In this document: piece by piece, positions 55,101 through 61,313 of the stretch
Layout: the number at the start of each line of letters is the position of its first letter
Numbering within the stretch: the first letter of the stretch is position 1
Origin: Bradymonadia bacterium
GTDB taxonomy: Bacteria; Myxococcota_A; Bradymonadia; UBA7976; UBA1532
Reading direction: 5' to 3'
NCBI GenBank assembly: GCA_044376085.1
Contig: JBILLN010000005.1
Coordinates: 1,125-65,124, forward strand
Length of the DNA: 64,000 nt
Notes under the pieces: model-generated
What the model was told of the DNA's origin: nothing
Databases searched by the model: none
Seen by the model: only the letters and a program-made list of their open reading frames with translations
Translations under genes and position numbers: made by a program

Positions 55101-57686
55101 CTCCCAGCACTCGACGGCCGCCGCTTCGTGATGAAGGTTGACCCGGCAGATGCGAGCCATGCGTTTGTAGAGCTCGACGCGGACCTCGACCTCGACCGCC
55201 TGTGCCGCGCTGCCCGAAAGCAGCCGGATGAACCCTTCCCAGTCGCCCCGTTCGCCGTAGAGGCCCTCCAGCGACGTCCAGTCGCCCCGACGCAGGTAGA
55301 GTTCCCGGAGGTAGTTCTCGGCGTGAAGGTCGCCCGGCGCCAGACGGAGCACGGCACGCCACGTCTCGGCCGCGCGGTCCTCGTCGCCGAGTTTCTCGGC
55401 GTAGACGTTGCCGAGCTTCTTCAGCCAGGCGACGCGACCGGCATCGTCCTCGGCACGGCCCGCCTGCTGAGCGAAGAGGTGGGCGAGGTCGAGGTACCGC
55501 TCCGTCCGCACGTAGAGCTGCTCGAGGGACTGCCAGGCCTTGACGACCCCTTCGTCCGCTTCGATGACCGATCGCCACAGTTCGATGGCCTCGTCCCGCT
55601 CTTCGAGCCGTTCCGCGGCGATCCGGGCCATCTCCATCAGGCGCTCGACACGGGCCGCCCCTTCGAGGAGACCGAGCTGCTTGCGGTACGTCTGGTAGAG
55701 CGCGCGCCAATCCTTGCGGTGTCGGTAGATGTCGATCAGTTGGGCGATCGCGGCTTCGTCGCGCGGCCGCAACTCGAGGATCGCTTCGAGATGCGAAATG
55801 GCCTGATTCGGGTTCGAGAACTTGTCGATCCACAGCTGCGAGATCTGCCGCTGGAGACCGACGAGCGTCTCTTCGTCCCCGGCAGCCTGCGCGGCCTCGA
55901 CGCGGCGTTTGTAGATGCCGATGAGGTCGTTCCAGCGCGCACTCTCGATGTACCGCGCCTGCAGCGCATCGAGCGCTTCGGCGTTGGTCGGATCCACCTG
56001 GAGCACCTGGTTGTAGGTGTTGACGACCATGACCTCGAGGTTGAGCTGGTCGCGGTAGATCTCGATCATCCGCCGGTAGATGCCCACCCGGGCCTCGACC
56101 TGGGCCGGGCCATCGCCCGTGATCAGATTCAGGTCCTCTTTCAGGAACTCGAGCAGCGCGTTCCACTTCGCCGTCTGGAAGAAGAGACGGCGCAACGCAT
56201 CGCGGGCGACCTCGTGGTCGGGCTTGAGCTTCAGGATCGACTTCCAGATGTCGATCGCCTTCTCGGCGTTGTCGATCTCGCGCTCGGCCACCCGAGCCAT
56301 CTGCAGGCCGATCTCGATCCGGGCTTCGTTGGTCGACTCGATGGCCTGCCGCGACGCCAACGTGGCGAGGAGCTTCTTCCAGTCCTGCTGCGCCGTGTAG
56401 AACTCGGCGTAGAACTGGAGCATGAGGACGTTGCGCGGATCGTTGAGTTTGATGCGCTTGAAGTAGTTCTCGGCCTGCTCGAAGTCGCCGACCTTCTTCC
56501 ACAGGATCATGGCGATCTGCACGAGCATGGCGCTCTCGTTGCCGGCACGCGCGCGGGCACGCAGGGCCGCTTCATAGATCGCGACGAGGTCCAGCCAGCG
56601 TTCCTGATCGCTGTAGAAGTCGACACAGTAGCCGAGAGCCTCCTGGTCGACCGGCTCGAGCGCGAGGACTTCGCGATACCAGCGGCTGGCGGCCTCCGCG
56701 TCCTGCAACTCCTGCCGCGCGATCTGCGCCAGGCGCTGGACGATCGCGAGGCGGTCGGCCTTCCGGGTGGTCTGCTCCACCCGACCCTCGAGGTGCTTGA
56801 TGAGCGACTCCCACTGGCCGTTCAGTTCGTAGAACTGCTCCAGGAAGATGCGCGCCGGCTCGTTGCGGGGGTCGGCGTCGAGGACGAGCCGGAGGGTCGC
56901 CTCGATGGCCGGATCGTCGGGCTGTTCCTTGAGCCAGAGTTCGGCTGCCTGAAGCTGGAGGCCGGCGCGCTGCCGGGGGTCGCGCGTCGCTTCGGCCTGA
57001 GCGATCAGCGCGTCGTACCGCGCACGGGCGTCTCCCCGGACCGCCTCGAGGAGTTCCGCGAAGTCCGCCGCGCGGGGGTGATCCGGGACGAGGCGCAGCG
57101 CCGACCGGACGCACAGCGCCGCATCCCCGGCTTCACCGAGTCCGCCCCGGCACACCTCGGCCATCTCGAAGTAGAGTTCGGCCTGCGCCCCGGGTTCGGC
57201 CGTCGCCTGGAGTTCCAGGCTGTAAAGCTGGAGAACGAGTCGCCAGTTCTGCTGCTGCCAGTAGACCGCACGGGCCGCTCGCAACGCGTCGACGCGCTGC
57301 GGGTCGAGCTTGAAGGCGCGCTGATAGCGCATCATCGCCTGTTCGGGCGAACCGAGGACCTCCTCGTGGATGCGACCGACGATGAGTGCGATCTCCGACT
57401 CGACGCCGGGCTCGCCCACCTCGGCGCCGTAGATTTCGAGCTTGGTGGCCAGCTCGGCCCAGGCCGCCGTCGCTTCGTCCGCCGGCAGTGCCGCCCATCG
57501 CTCGCCGTACAGGGCCACCACGCCGGCGAAATCCCGGTGACGCAAGAGTGCGTCTTCGAGCCGCAGCAGGGCCTCGGCGTCGTCCGGATTGCTCTGCAAC
57601 TGGTCGCGGTAGGTTTCGAGCTCGTTGTCCATGGGTGTGCGCTTCTCGGGACTGAGGACTGAAGGCTTCGGCGGAACGTCGACCAC
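46158..57686 (-). CDS. Giant all-TPR-repeat protein (about 3842 aa)
   Basis: An 11.5-kb uninterrupted frame encodes dozens of 34-aa TPR-like units with a W-LG-Y-A-P pattern and no signal peptide. The alternative start ATG 57632 gives MDNELETYRDQ. The antisense ORFs 46194..53132 and 53256..57662 are shadows. Confidence 0.85.
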   Translation of the reverse strand: MVDVPPKPSVLSPEKRTPMDNELETYRDQLQSNPDDAEALLRLEDALLRHRDFAGVVALYGERWAALPADEATAAWAELATKLEIYGAEVGEPGVESEIALIVGRIHEEVLGSPEQAMMRYQRAFKLDPQRVDALRAARAVYWQQQNWRLVLQLYSLELQATAEPGAQAELYFEMAEVCRGGLGEAGDAALCVRSALRLVPDHPRAADFAELLEAVRGDARARYDALIAQAEATRDPRQRAGLQLQAAELWLKEQPDDPAIEATLRLVLDADPRNEPARIFLEQFYELNGQWESLIKHLEGRVEQTTRKADRLAIVQRLAQIARQELQDAEAASRWYREVLALEPVDQEALGYCVDFYSDQERWLDLVAIYEAALRARARAGNESAMLVQIAMILWKKVGDFEQAENYFKRIKLNDPRNVLMLQFYAEFYTAQQDWKKLLATLASRQAIESTNEARIEIGLQMARVAEREIDNAEKAIDIWKSILKLKPDHEVARDALRRLFFQTAKWNALLEFLKEDLNLITGDGPAQVEARVGIYRRMIEIYRDQLNLEVMVVNTYNQVLQVDPTNAEALDALQARYIESARWNDLIGIYKRRVEAAQAAGDEETLVGLQRQISQLWIDKFSNPNQAISHLEAILELRPRDEAAIAQLIDIYRHRKDWRALYQTYRKQLGLLEGAARVERLMEMARIAAERLEERDEAIELWRSVIEADEGVVKAWQSLEQLYVRTERYLDLAHLFAQQAGRAEDDAGRVAWLKKLGNVYAEKLGDEDRAAETWRAVLRLAPGDLHAENYLRELYLRRGDWTSLEGLYGERGDWEGFIRLLSGSAAQAVEVEVRVELYKRMARICRVNLHHEAAAVECWERVLSEDPDHVEAARTLAPHYVEVGAWDALVAVLEVLLRQNPEDPVALMIDLAQVHEVRRGDLPNAFAYFARALEAAPERSDLLIETRRTAALVGDWEGLVTLLGGLADAHPAVEVEVRMRRVLAEACAEELGRFTDAAGHLERIRALAGDAPEVLDALVALYKRLGQWDELLAVYTRQLELAEALPVQAAILAEIGQLHETVRDDADAAQAAWEQLHALDRGNLEAIRGLQRIAERGGDLAAITRWVEAERALTTAVADVAALLFRLGQLDERRGMAASALGRYAAVLDQVPDHLGAINALERFLETDLSADAARVLEPQMRRAEKWSSLRQVLELQVEGSDDPAFRCRVLREVAHLREQQLSDPRGAFQTWQRLLGEDREDGSVRRELERLAGELGSWDALASLYGGFALGGAEAGADVPLAAMYSRRYAELLEERLARFADARDVLDRVLGAVGDDLELLDAVDRLTTRLEDWPRLVDICERKLLLLEDTSARVALLFRIGDLLEEVLENPEAAIDAYRRIHEATPGDERALAALERIFRNTGRFSELADLLSSRLTDASPEQRVPLTYQLALVLERHLGRVEEALERYAEVLVLAPDHDPTVEALEHLLGAHARPEDVAIRTRACDVLEPIYVSRDDWRKEIGICRVRLGDATSPADRVELHTRIARLSEARDGAQRTAFAEYAAAFREAYGEPGLLAEMSRLAANLEAWAELGDVLAQGLDDDRALDLEPALRREMLGRVAEIQETKVGDLTLAIGYNRRILEEWSEDAAALLSLDRLFERVGDADALVEVVATRVRLADTPTESAALAFRLAELQETLLGRTDLAIETFEHIRTEITPADLRAHEALERLYPGVERWSDLVAVLLDHAERSDGLESRKRLAFRAAEVTETRLERPTEAVRIYQDVLTDDPQDVAALGALDRLFETLGSWVDLLDILERERALAAEAETQDEFEYRTGELLRTRLGDPERAIAAFRAVLTRTPGHRGARQSLEALLETPEVRLTAARILTPIYERAGEWSRLRDVLLGTLQDLDEATERVATLVRVAEIEEQRLEAPGAALNALAEAWRQGEARAEFEDELVRLASLVGAWEALVELFGEGVVIAPGRAVALRSTRAAILRDQVEDAARAIEEYREVLLIEPENLAALDALEALYEQTGDVGDQIEIIDRKLALTADADERKLLLYHIANLCETGLADLPAAVETHRRVLLIDDRDAFSLDELERLLSTSERWPEVAALYEHRASIVTDRAAQAEIEFRLADTCQRFLSEGPRALDLYSGILQDLPGHAATRGALDALFESDEAAAAVGVERMAVGAILEPVYRAEGDDVRLVRVLEVRQSNLREDPIERVEVLREIARLQETRLGDAAAAFETCGRVLHVQPENEENREALRRLAQKAGRFDALAGLLREVIDGLDAVDLKVALLLELGLTEEFQRGQDAAARAVYQEVLGLQPENRAAVGALIELYSRTAAWDDLVGLYLRLADDATDIDEKKGLLFKVCQLLEDVLDDVPRAIGIWRQVLEIENDNPQAFRALERFFTAREQWPDLADLLREEIRFATEPGPRAALLHRLGEVLEGRLGDPEGAVDAWHGVLRDEVPDHEPSLAALERMILELADRAPDHPLRRKVAEVLEPIYEGRGQWHDWIGTLEVQLGSETDRWRRLETLVRIAKTYEEKLAAPAAAFQAFARAFAEDYGNLDLQRDLDRLAESEGAWQPLVEAYLSGIEGYDDLDGATQILLKVARTYDHRLKDAERAIDCYRRVLLIDEANAESLNALERLFAAERRYHDLVTVLSRKADFARDVMEKKELLYRICEIWEDVLDRPDQAIQTYRRVLEEDPEDQNAIEALIRLYERTSNWTLLVEVLREKLEVAADDDERKEILFRIARVCEEQLNDANETILTYRSVLETDARDRRSMEALDRLYSRELRWGELIDLLETERALIAEDKRPAAARRVDALDLRIADVLEHHLGQVEQSIELYGQILGRNPEFTDARTALERLLGHERYRLGASRMLEPHYAAKGQPELLARVYELQLLDIDDRVERLELLKRLARLRYEVLKHPRSAFESYLRAFQEDPADEEIVGALHELADELSAHEALAGAYEEQIPAALDAEVGRGLNRRLARLYDAKLSRPDRSIDAWQAVLRGDPYDREALSALDRLYQARQDWDALIEVLRREIELGGDDDSTDLRFRLGYLLEVVRNEVPQAIELYRSILWERPEHAFALEAMERLAVHLEHRASISDVLEPIYRERNAADKLAILAEMRIELTSDHLEQARLWMTSAELRETRLQDADGALECLLRAFDANPLDEDIRKSLVRVATERGAWERLAAAVDAVQPRLSDPEMRIADLLDVATWSRGRLRDIYRAAERYVAVLAIDPNNAKALDALEEIYSESEVWPRLAEIHRRKAELIYDLDEKRERLRLLAALSADKLNDIPGAVAAYEEVLALDDTDAGALAALEDLHELSENWAALHGVLSRKAENTFDADDLAMLHRRMASIARDQLSDPTLAAESLEKVLELAPDDVDAVRALRTLYESQASWDRLQDVLVKELTLTTSEEDRVPLLRALGQTADVHLSNPESAIEYYRQVHAAAPADTETVGHLERLYTQTSRWFDLVDMLREHVDVLRRANDTVGTVATLVQIADVAQAHLMDAELAVSALNQVLDAEPNHLRALTVLARLHEQSGEWEKCAAALSRAIEHGEPGAARAEALRRLGLLYLERLDRVSEAKERLYQAVSEAQDVEALDALLRMAEAAGDDAEAFALLGQRRAGLEGKERVPVLLQMAALAEKQNDAAGRIVALEEAATLAPTDGKVNDALLAAYLGAGRFQDAEPVLLKTIERLKGERRFKELFTYNFQMGRVAEEKGDEAAALQYYTECFDYDATYLPNLFRLGKLHFRKENWDKALKIFQTMLLHQMNIESNEQRVDIFYHLGILRLKLGDPRKAKDMFNRALGYDPEHAASKAAMAGLE

Positions 57687-57838
57687 TGACGACGCTTGGA
57701 TCGGACGGGACGGTTCGGACGCCGTCGAAAACGGGCTGTCCGGACGGGCGCGGATGGTACAAATCCGGACTGCGGTTCACAAGACGCTTGGCGGCCCGCC
57801 GCGCGGCTTCGCGCCGCGTCCGGCTCCGCTTCGCCGCG

Positions 57839-58699
57839 ATGCGGCACCGACGCTCCCGGGTGGAGCGCGCCCCTCCCGGAGGGTCCCTTCTGTCCCCCGT
57901 ACCCGTCACCCTCGCGTGGAACGGCGTCCCCTGCCCGACCGGCGAGCCCCCGTGGCTCGGGGCGGCGTCGGACGACCTGCCCGGTTCGGACGGCCCCTTC
58001 GAGACCATTCGCGTGGTCCGGTGCCGGCCGACGGCCTTCGACGCTCACCGCGCGCGCATCGAGGGGACGCTCACCGCGCTCGGCTGGCCCGTGCCGGACT
58101 TGACGGGCGCCCCGGAGTTGATCGCCTACCTCGCCCGCGACCTCGAAGAAGCCCGGGCCCGCCTGACGGTCGTCCGATGCTCGCCCGCGGTCTTCGGGTG
58201 GGCGCTTCAGGTCGGCCCGGTGTCGCCGGCGCTCCCGGCGCGGCGCCGGGGCGTGCGGGCGCGGACCCGACCGTCACCGGTCGAAGCCGGCAATCCGGAA
58301 TGGAAGACGGTCGACCGGGCTCGCGCGCTGGCCCGATTGGCGGCAGCGGTGGACGACGCCGAGGTGCTCCTCGCCGACGACTCGGGGCACCTCCTGGAAG
58401 GGTCGACGTGGAATCTCTTTGCGGTCGTCGCCGGCGTCCTCGTCACCCCACCACTCGATGGCCGGTGTCTTCCCGGCGTCACCCGAGGCCGGGTCCTGGC
58501 CGCGGCGGCCCGTCTCGGGTTCGCGCACGTCGAGGCGCCGCTGACCCGCCAGGAACTCCTCCGCCGCGCCGCGGAGACCTTCGTCACGAACGCCTTGCTC
58601 CCTCTGGCACCGTTGTGCTCCTTGGACGACCAACCACTCCCGGGAGCCGGCGCGATGGCGACCTGTCTGCACGAGGCGATCGATGCGCCTCCCCCATGA
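57839..58699 (+). CDS. Class IV aminotransferase-fold protein (aminodeoxychorismate lyase-like)
   Basis: PFETIRV, EGSTWNLF and LPGVTR blocks are present. The start is uncertain: the track gives 57788 and 57839 is chosen here. Confidence 0.55.
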   Translation: MRHRRSRVERAPPGGSLLSPVPVTLAWNGVPCPTGEPPWLGAASDDLPGSDGPFETIRVVRCRPTAFDAHRARIEGTLTALGWPVPDLTGAPELIAYLARDLEEARARLTVVRCSPAVFGWALQVGPVSPALPARRRGVRARTRPSPVEAGNPEWKTVDRARALARLAAAVDDAEVLLADDSGHLLEGSTWNLFAVVAGVLVTPPLDGRCLPGVTRGRVLAAAARLGFAHVEAPLTRQELLRRAAETFVTNALLPLAPLCSLDDQPLPGAGAMATCLHEAIDAPPP

Positions 58700-59348
58700 C
58701 CCCCGAGGGCGCGGGTTCGCTTCCGTGCTCGTCGCGGGCCTGCTCGGCGCCGCGGGCTGCGGCGGCGTCGACGAAGTCCGGCCGGTCTCGTGCGATCCGG
58801 TCGCCGATACGGGGTGCCGGTCGGGCGAACACTGCCGCCTCGACGGGCGTGGGGCGACGCTGTGCCTCTCGCCGGCGTCGCCGCCCGAGGGCGCGGTCTG
58901 CGGCTCGGGGAGTTGTGGAGCGGGAGAGGCCTGCGTCCGGGTGGAAGGTCACCTCGCCTGTCGTCCGCTGTGCGAGCTCGACGCGGCGGATGGCGCCTGC
59001 GAGGCCGGCGCGCGGTGCGCGTATGCCCTGACGGAGCGAATCGGCGTCTGCGTCGCCCCTTGCGACCCCTTCCCCGGTGACGGCGCGGAGCCCTGTCCGG
59101 GCGGAACCTGCGCCCCCGTGCCCGACCTCCCCTACCCGATCTGCGTCGCGACCGGTGGGGCCCGACTCGACGAGCCGTGCACCTCGAAGCGGTGCGCCCG
59201 CAGCCTCGGATGCCTGTCCGCTGCCGACGGCACCCGCTGTCGAGCGCTCTGCGAGCCGGGCCGGGACGACCACTGCCCGTCACCGTTGCGCTGCGGCGGA
59301 GAGGTCGCCCGGGCGGACCTCGGATACTGCACCGCCCCGCCGCCGTAG
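58683..59348 (+). CDS. Cys-rich (EGF-like) lipoprotein
   Basis: MRLPHDPRGRGFASVLVAGLLGAAGC is a lipobox. About 30 Cys residues sit in CxxxxC patterns. It overlaps the previous gene by 17 nt. Confidence 0.5.
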   Translation: MRLPHDPRGRGFASVLVAGLLGAAGCGGVDEVRPVSCDPVADTGCRSGEHCRLDGRGATLCLSPASPPEGAVCGSGSCGAGEACVRVEGHLACRPLCELDAADGACEAGARCAYALTERIGVCVAPCDPFPGDGAEPCPGGTCAPVPDLPYPICVATGGARLDEPCTSKRCARSLGCLSAADGTRCRALCEPGRDDHCPSPLRCGGEVARADLGYCTAPPP

Positions 59349-59371
59349 CGCGTCCGCACGGTCGTCCCGAC

Positions 59372-60544
59372 CTACGTCAGATCGGCAAGGGCCTGGAATT
59401 GTCGCCGAAGATGCTGATCGACGCCGGCGAGTCGTTCCGCCGTGAGCCCGAGGAACGTCGACGCAGGGTGATGAACCGGCTCGATGTGGGCATGGGGATC
59501 TTCCTCGCGACCGAATCCGCATCGGACCGCCAGGGTGCCGGCCAGAGCGACGCAGGCCACGAGTTTCATGTTGGAGAACGACTTCTGGGGCTGGTGATGG
59601 AACTGCGCGACCTCGCCGAAGGAGTCGTCGAATCGCCACCGCTGGAGCAGGGCCGAGCCGAACTGCCCGTGCAGGCTGTCGATGGTGCGCTCGACCTCGT
59701 CCGGATTGAAGCGCGTGCCGCTGTCTTCGATCTCGTCGAAGATCTGCAGCAGCAGCGCACGCCCGATATCGTGCAGGAGCCCGTGGAGGAAGCAGGTCGG
59801 TGCGTGGAGCCCGGGGACCTCGAGAGCGAGGTACTCGGAGACGATCGCCGTCGCCAGCCCGTGGTGCCAGAGGTCCCGCAGCGCATGGTCTCGGTGACGG
59901 CAGCGAAAGGAGAAGAGTCGCCGATTCGAGTAGGCCAGCAACTGCTGCCCGAGTTCCCGCGCGCCGAGCCGGACGATGGCCTCCTGAAGGTTCCGGGGCG
60001 CGCGTCCGCCCAGCGTGAAGGCGGGAGACGCCGCCAGCTTCATCACGCGGGCCGAGAGCGCGATGTCACGTCGGATGAGGTCGATCACCACCGCCAGGTC
60101 ATGGTCGGGATTACCCAGGAGCCGGTTGAGCTGCTGCGTGACCTCCGGCATGGCGGGCAGCCGCAGCTCTTCGTTCCGGAAACGCTCGACCACCATCTGA
60201 ACCGGCGAACGGGTCCGGCCGACCTCGCCGGCGAGTTCGACGAACCCGGGGGCCCCTGTCTCCGGAGACGCCTCGAGCGGGCCCTCCGTCGGGACGGGCG
60301 TCGAAACCCGGGTCGCCGAAAAGGCCCGGTCCACCCCCTCGCGCATCCCCTGCAGGAAGACCGCGCCAATGAGCTTCCGCATGGCATCCCGGCTGCCCGG
60401 CGTGTCGAGGCCCTTGAGCAGTCGGCGTCCGGCACCGCTCGCGTCGGCCCGCTCGAGCAGAACGTCGATGGCGGGCCCTTCCGGGACCACGAGGACGACA
60501 TTGCGGTGACTGGTCTTCGGCACGATCGACTCACGACTGAGCAC
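59372..60544 (-). CDS. HDOD-domain signalling protein
   Basis: LPAMPEVTQQLNRLLGNPDHDLAVVIDLIRRDIALSARVMKLAASPAF is the start of an HDOD domain. LHDIGRALL is present. The first ~120 aa have no assigned domain. Confidence 0.7.
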   Translation of the reverse strand: MLSRESIVPKTSHRNVVLVVPEGPAIDVLLERADASGAGRRLLKGLDTPGSRDAMRKLIGAVFLQGMREGVDRAFSATRVSTPVPTEGPLEASPETGAPGFVELAGEVGRTRSPVQMVVERFRNEELRLPAMPEVTQQLNRLLGNPDHDLAVVIDLIRRDIALSARVMKLAASPAFTLGGRAPRNLQEAIVRLGARELGQQLLAYSNRRLFSFRCRHRDHALRDLWHHGLATAIVSEYLALEVPGLHAPTCFLHGLLHDIGRALLLQIFDEIEDSGTRFNPDEVERTIDSLHGQFGSALLQRWRFDDSFGEVAQFHHQPQKSFSNMKLVACVALAGTLAVRCGFGREEDPHAHIEPVHHPASTFLGLTAERLAGVDQHLRRQFQALADLT

Positions 60545-60737
60545 CGCGGCGACGCGCGGCCCAAGCGGAGATTCGGCCGAGGCGCGGCCCGGCCGTTCCC
60601 CCGGGTCAGACCCGACCCATGGGTGCCGGGTCGCCGGAGGCCCGGCGGGGCTCTCCGGGCCATCGAGCGCTCGGAGCGAAGTACCTGAAGGGTCTGCGGA
60701 GACTCACCAAAGGCGCGAGGGCATGCGGTATCGCGGC

Positions 60738-60753
60738 TGGCACGCTCGATGCA
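60738..60753 (+). promoter_or_regulatory. Sigma54-type -24/-12 promoter candidate TGGCACGctcgaTGCA
   Basis: It matches TGGCACG-N4-TTGCA at 15 of 16 positions. It lies in a 360-nt intergenic region, about 150 nt upstream of the small secreted protein and YcbZ-like genes. Confidence 0.3.
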
Positions 60754-60905
60754 GCGGATGTCTCCGGCCGCCGGTCACCGCTCGCGGTCGTTCACGAAAA
60801 CTCCGAGAGACGCATGGTGCGCCTCCCGAAACGGCAAACCACCCGCGAGGGTGGGACGCAAAGCCAGAGGTCCCCCGCGGACGGCTCAGCTACCGAAGGA
60901 GATGA

Positions 60906-61232
60906 ATGATGAAGCCCGAAACTCTCCGCACGTTCTCCCGCACCCTTCTGACCCTGGGAACCGCCCTCGTGCTGACGTCGACCGCCGCGGCGGAAGACCG
61001 GATCGTCGCCGGTTTCGCCCCGGAGCCCGGGGATCCCGCCTTCGCGTACGTCCCCGCCACCGTCGCCGCCGAAGAGGTCGTCGTCGTGCTCGTCGACCGC
61101 AGCGCCCCCCTGACCACGGGCGTCGTGCTCCTCACGGGCGGCCGGACGGTCGAGTTCTCCGGCGTCGAGAGCCGCCCGTTCGCCGTGACGGAATCGATCG
61201 TCGCGCCGGTGATCGCGTTCGCAGACAAGTGA
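60906..61232 (+). CDS. Small secreted protein
   Basis: An AAGGAGA RBS lies 4-10 nt upstream. Signal peptide MMKPETLRTFSRTLLTLGTALVLTSTAAA. Confidence 0.5.
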   Translation: MMKPETLRTFSRTLLTLGTALVLTSTAAAEDRIVAGFAPEPGDPAFAYVPATVAAEEVVVVLVDRSAPLTTGVVLLTGGRTVEFSGVESRPFAVTESIVAPVIAFADK

Positions 61233-61313
61233 TTCGATTTCGGTTCCAGCAGCACCGACCTTCGGCTATTCAGGGGCGCTTCTCTCCCATGGCCCCCGCC
61301 GAGGACCACACCG

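Noticed and set aside
46194-57662. Plus-strand ORFs of 2312 aa and 1468 aa (46194..53132 and 53256..57662)
   Set aside because: Antisense shadows of the 3842-aa TPR gene. The translations are rich in R/G/V/L/E/D with no domain signatures. The minus-strand frame has regular TPR periodicity.
59177-60688. 503-aa plus-strand ORF
   Set aside because: Antisense to the HDOD gene. The HDOD frame has clear domain motifs.
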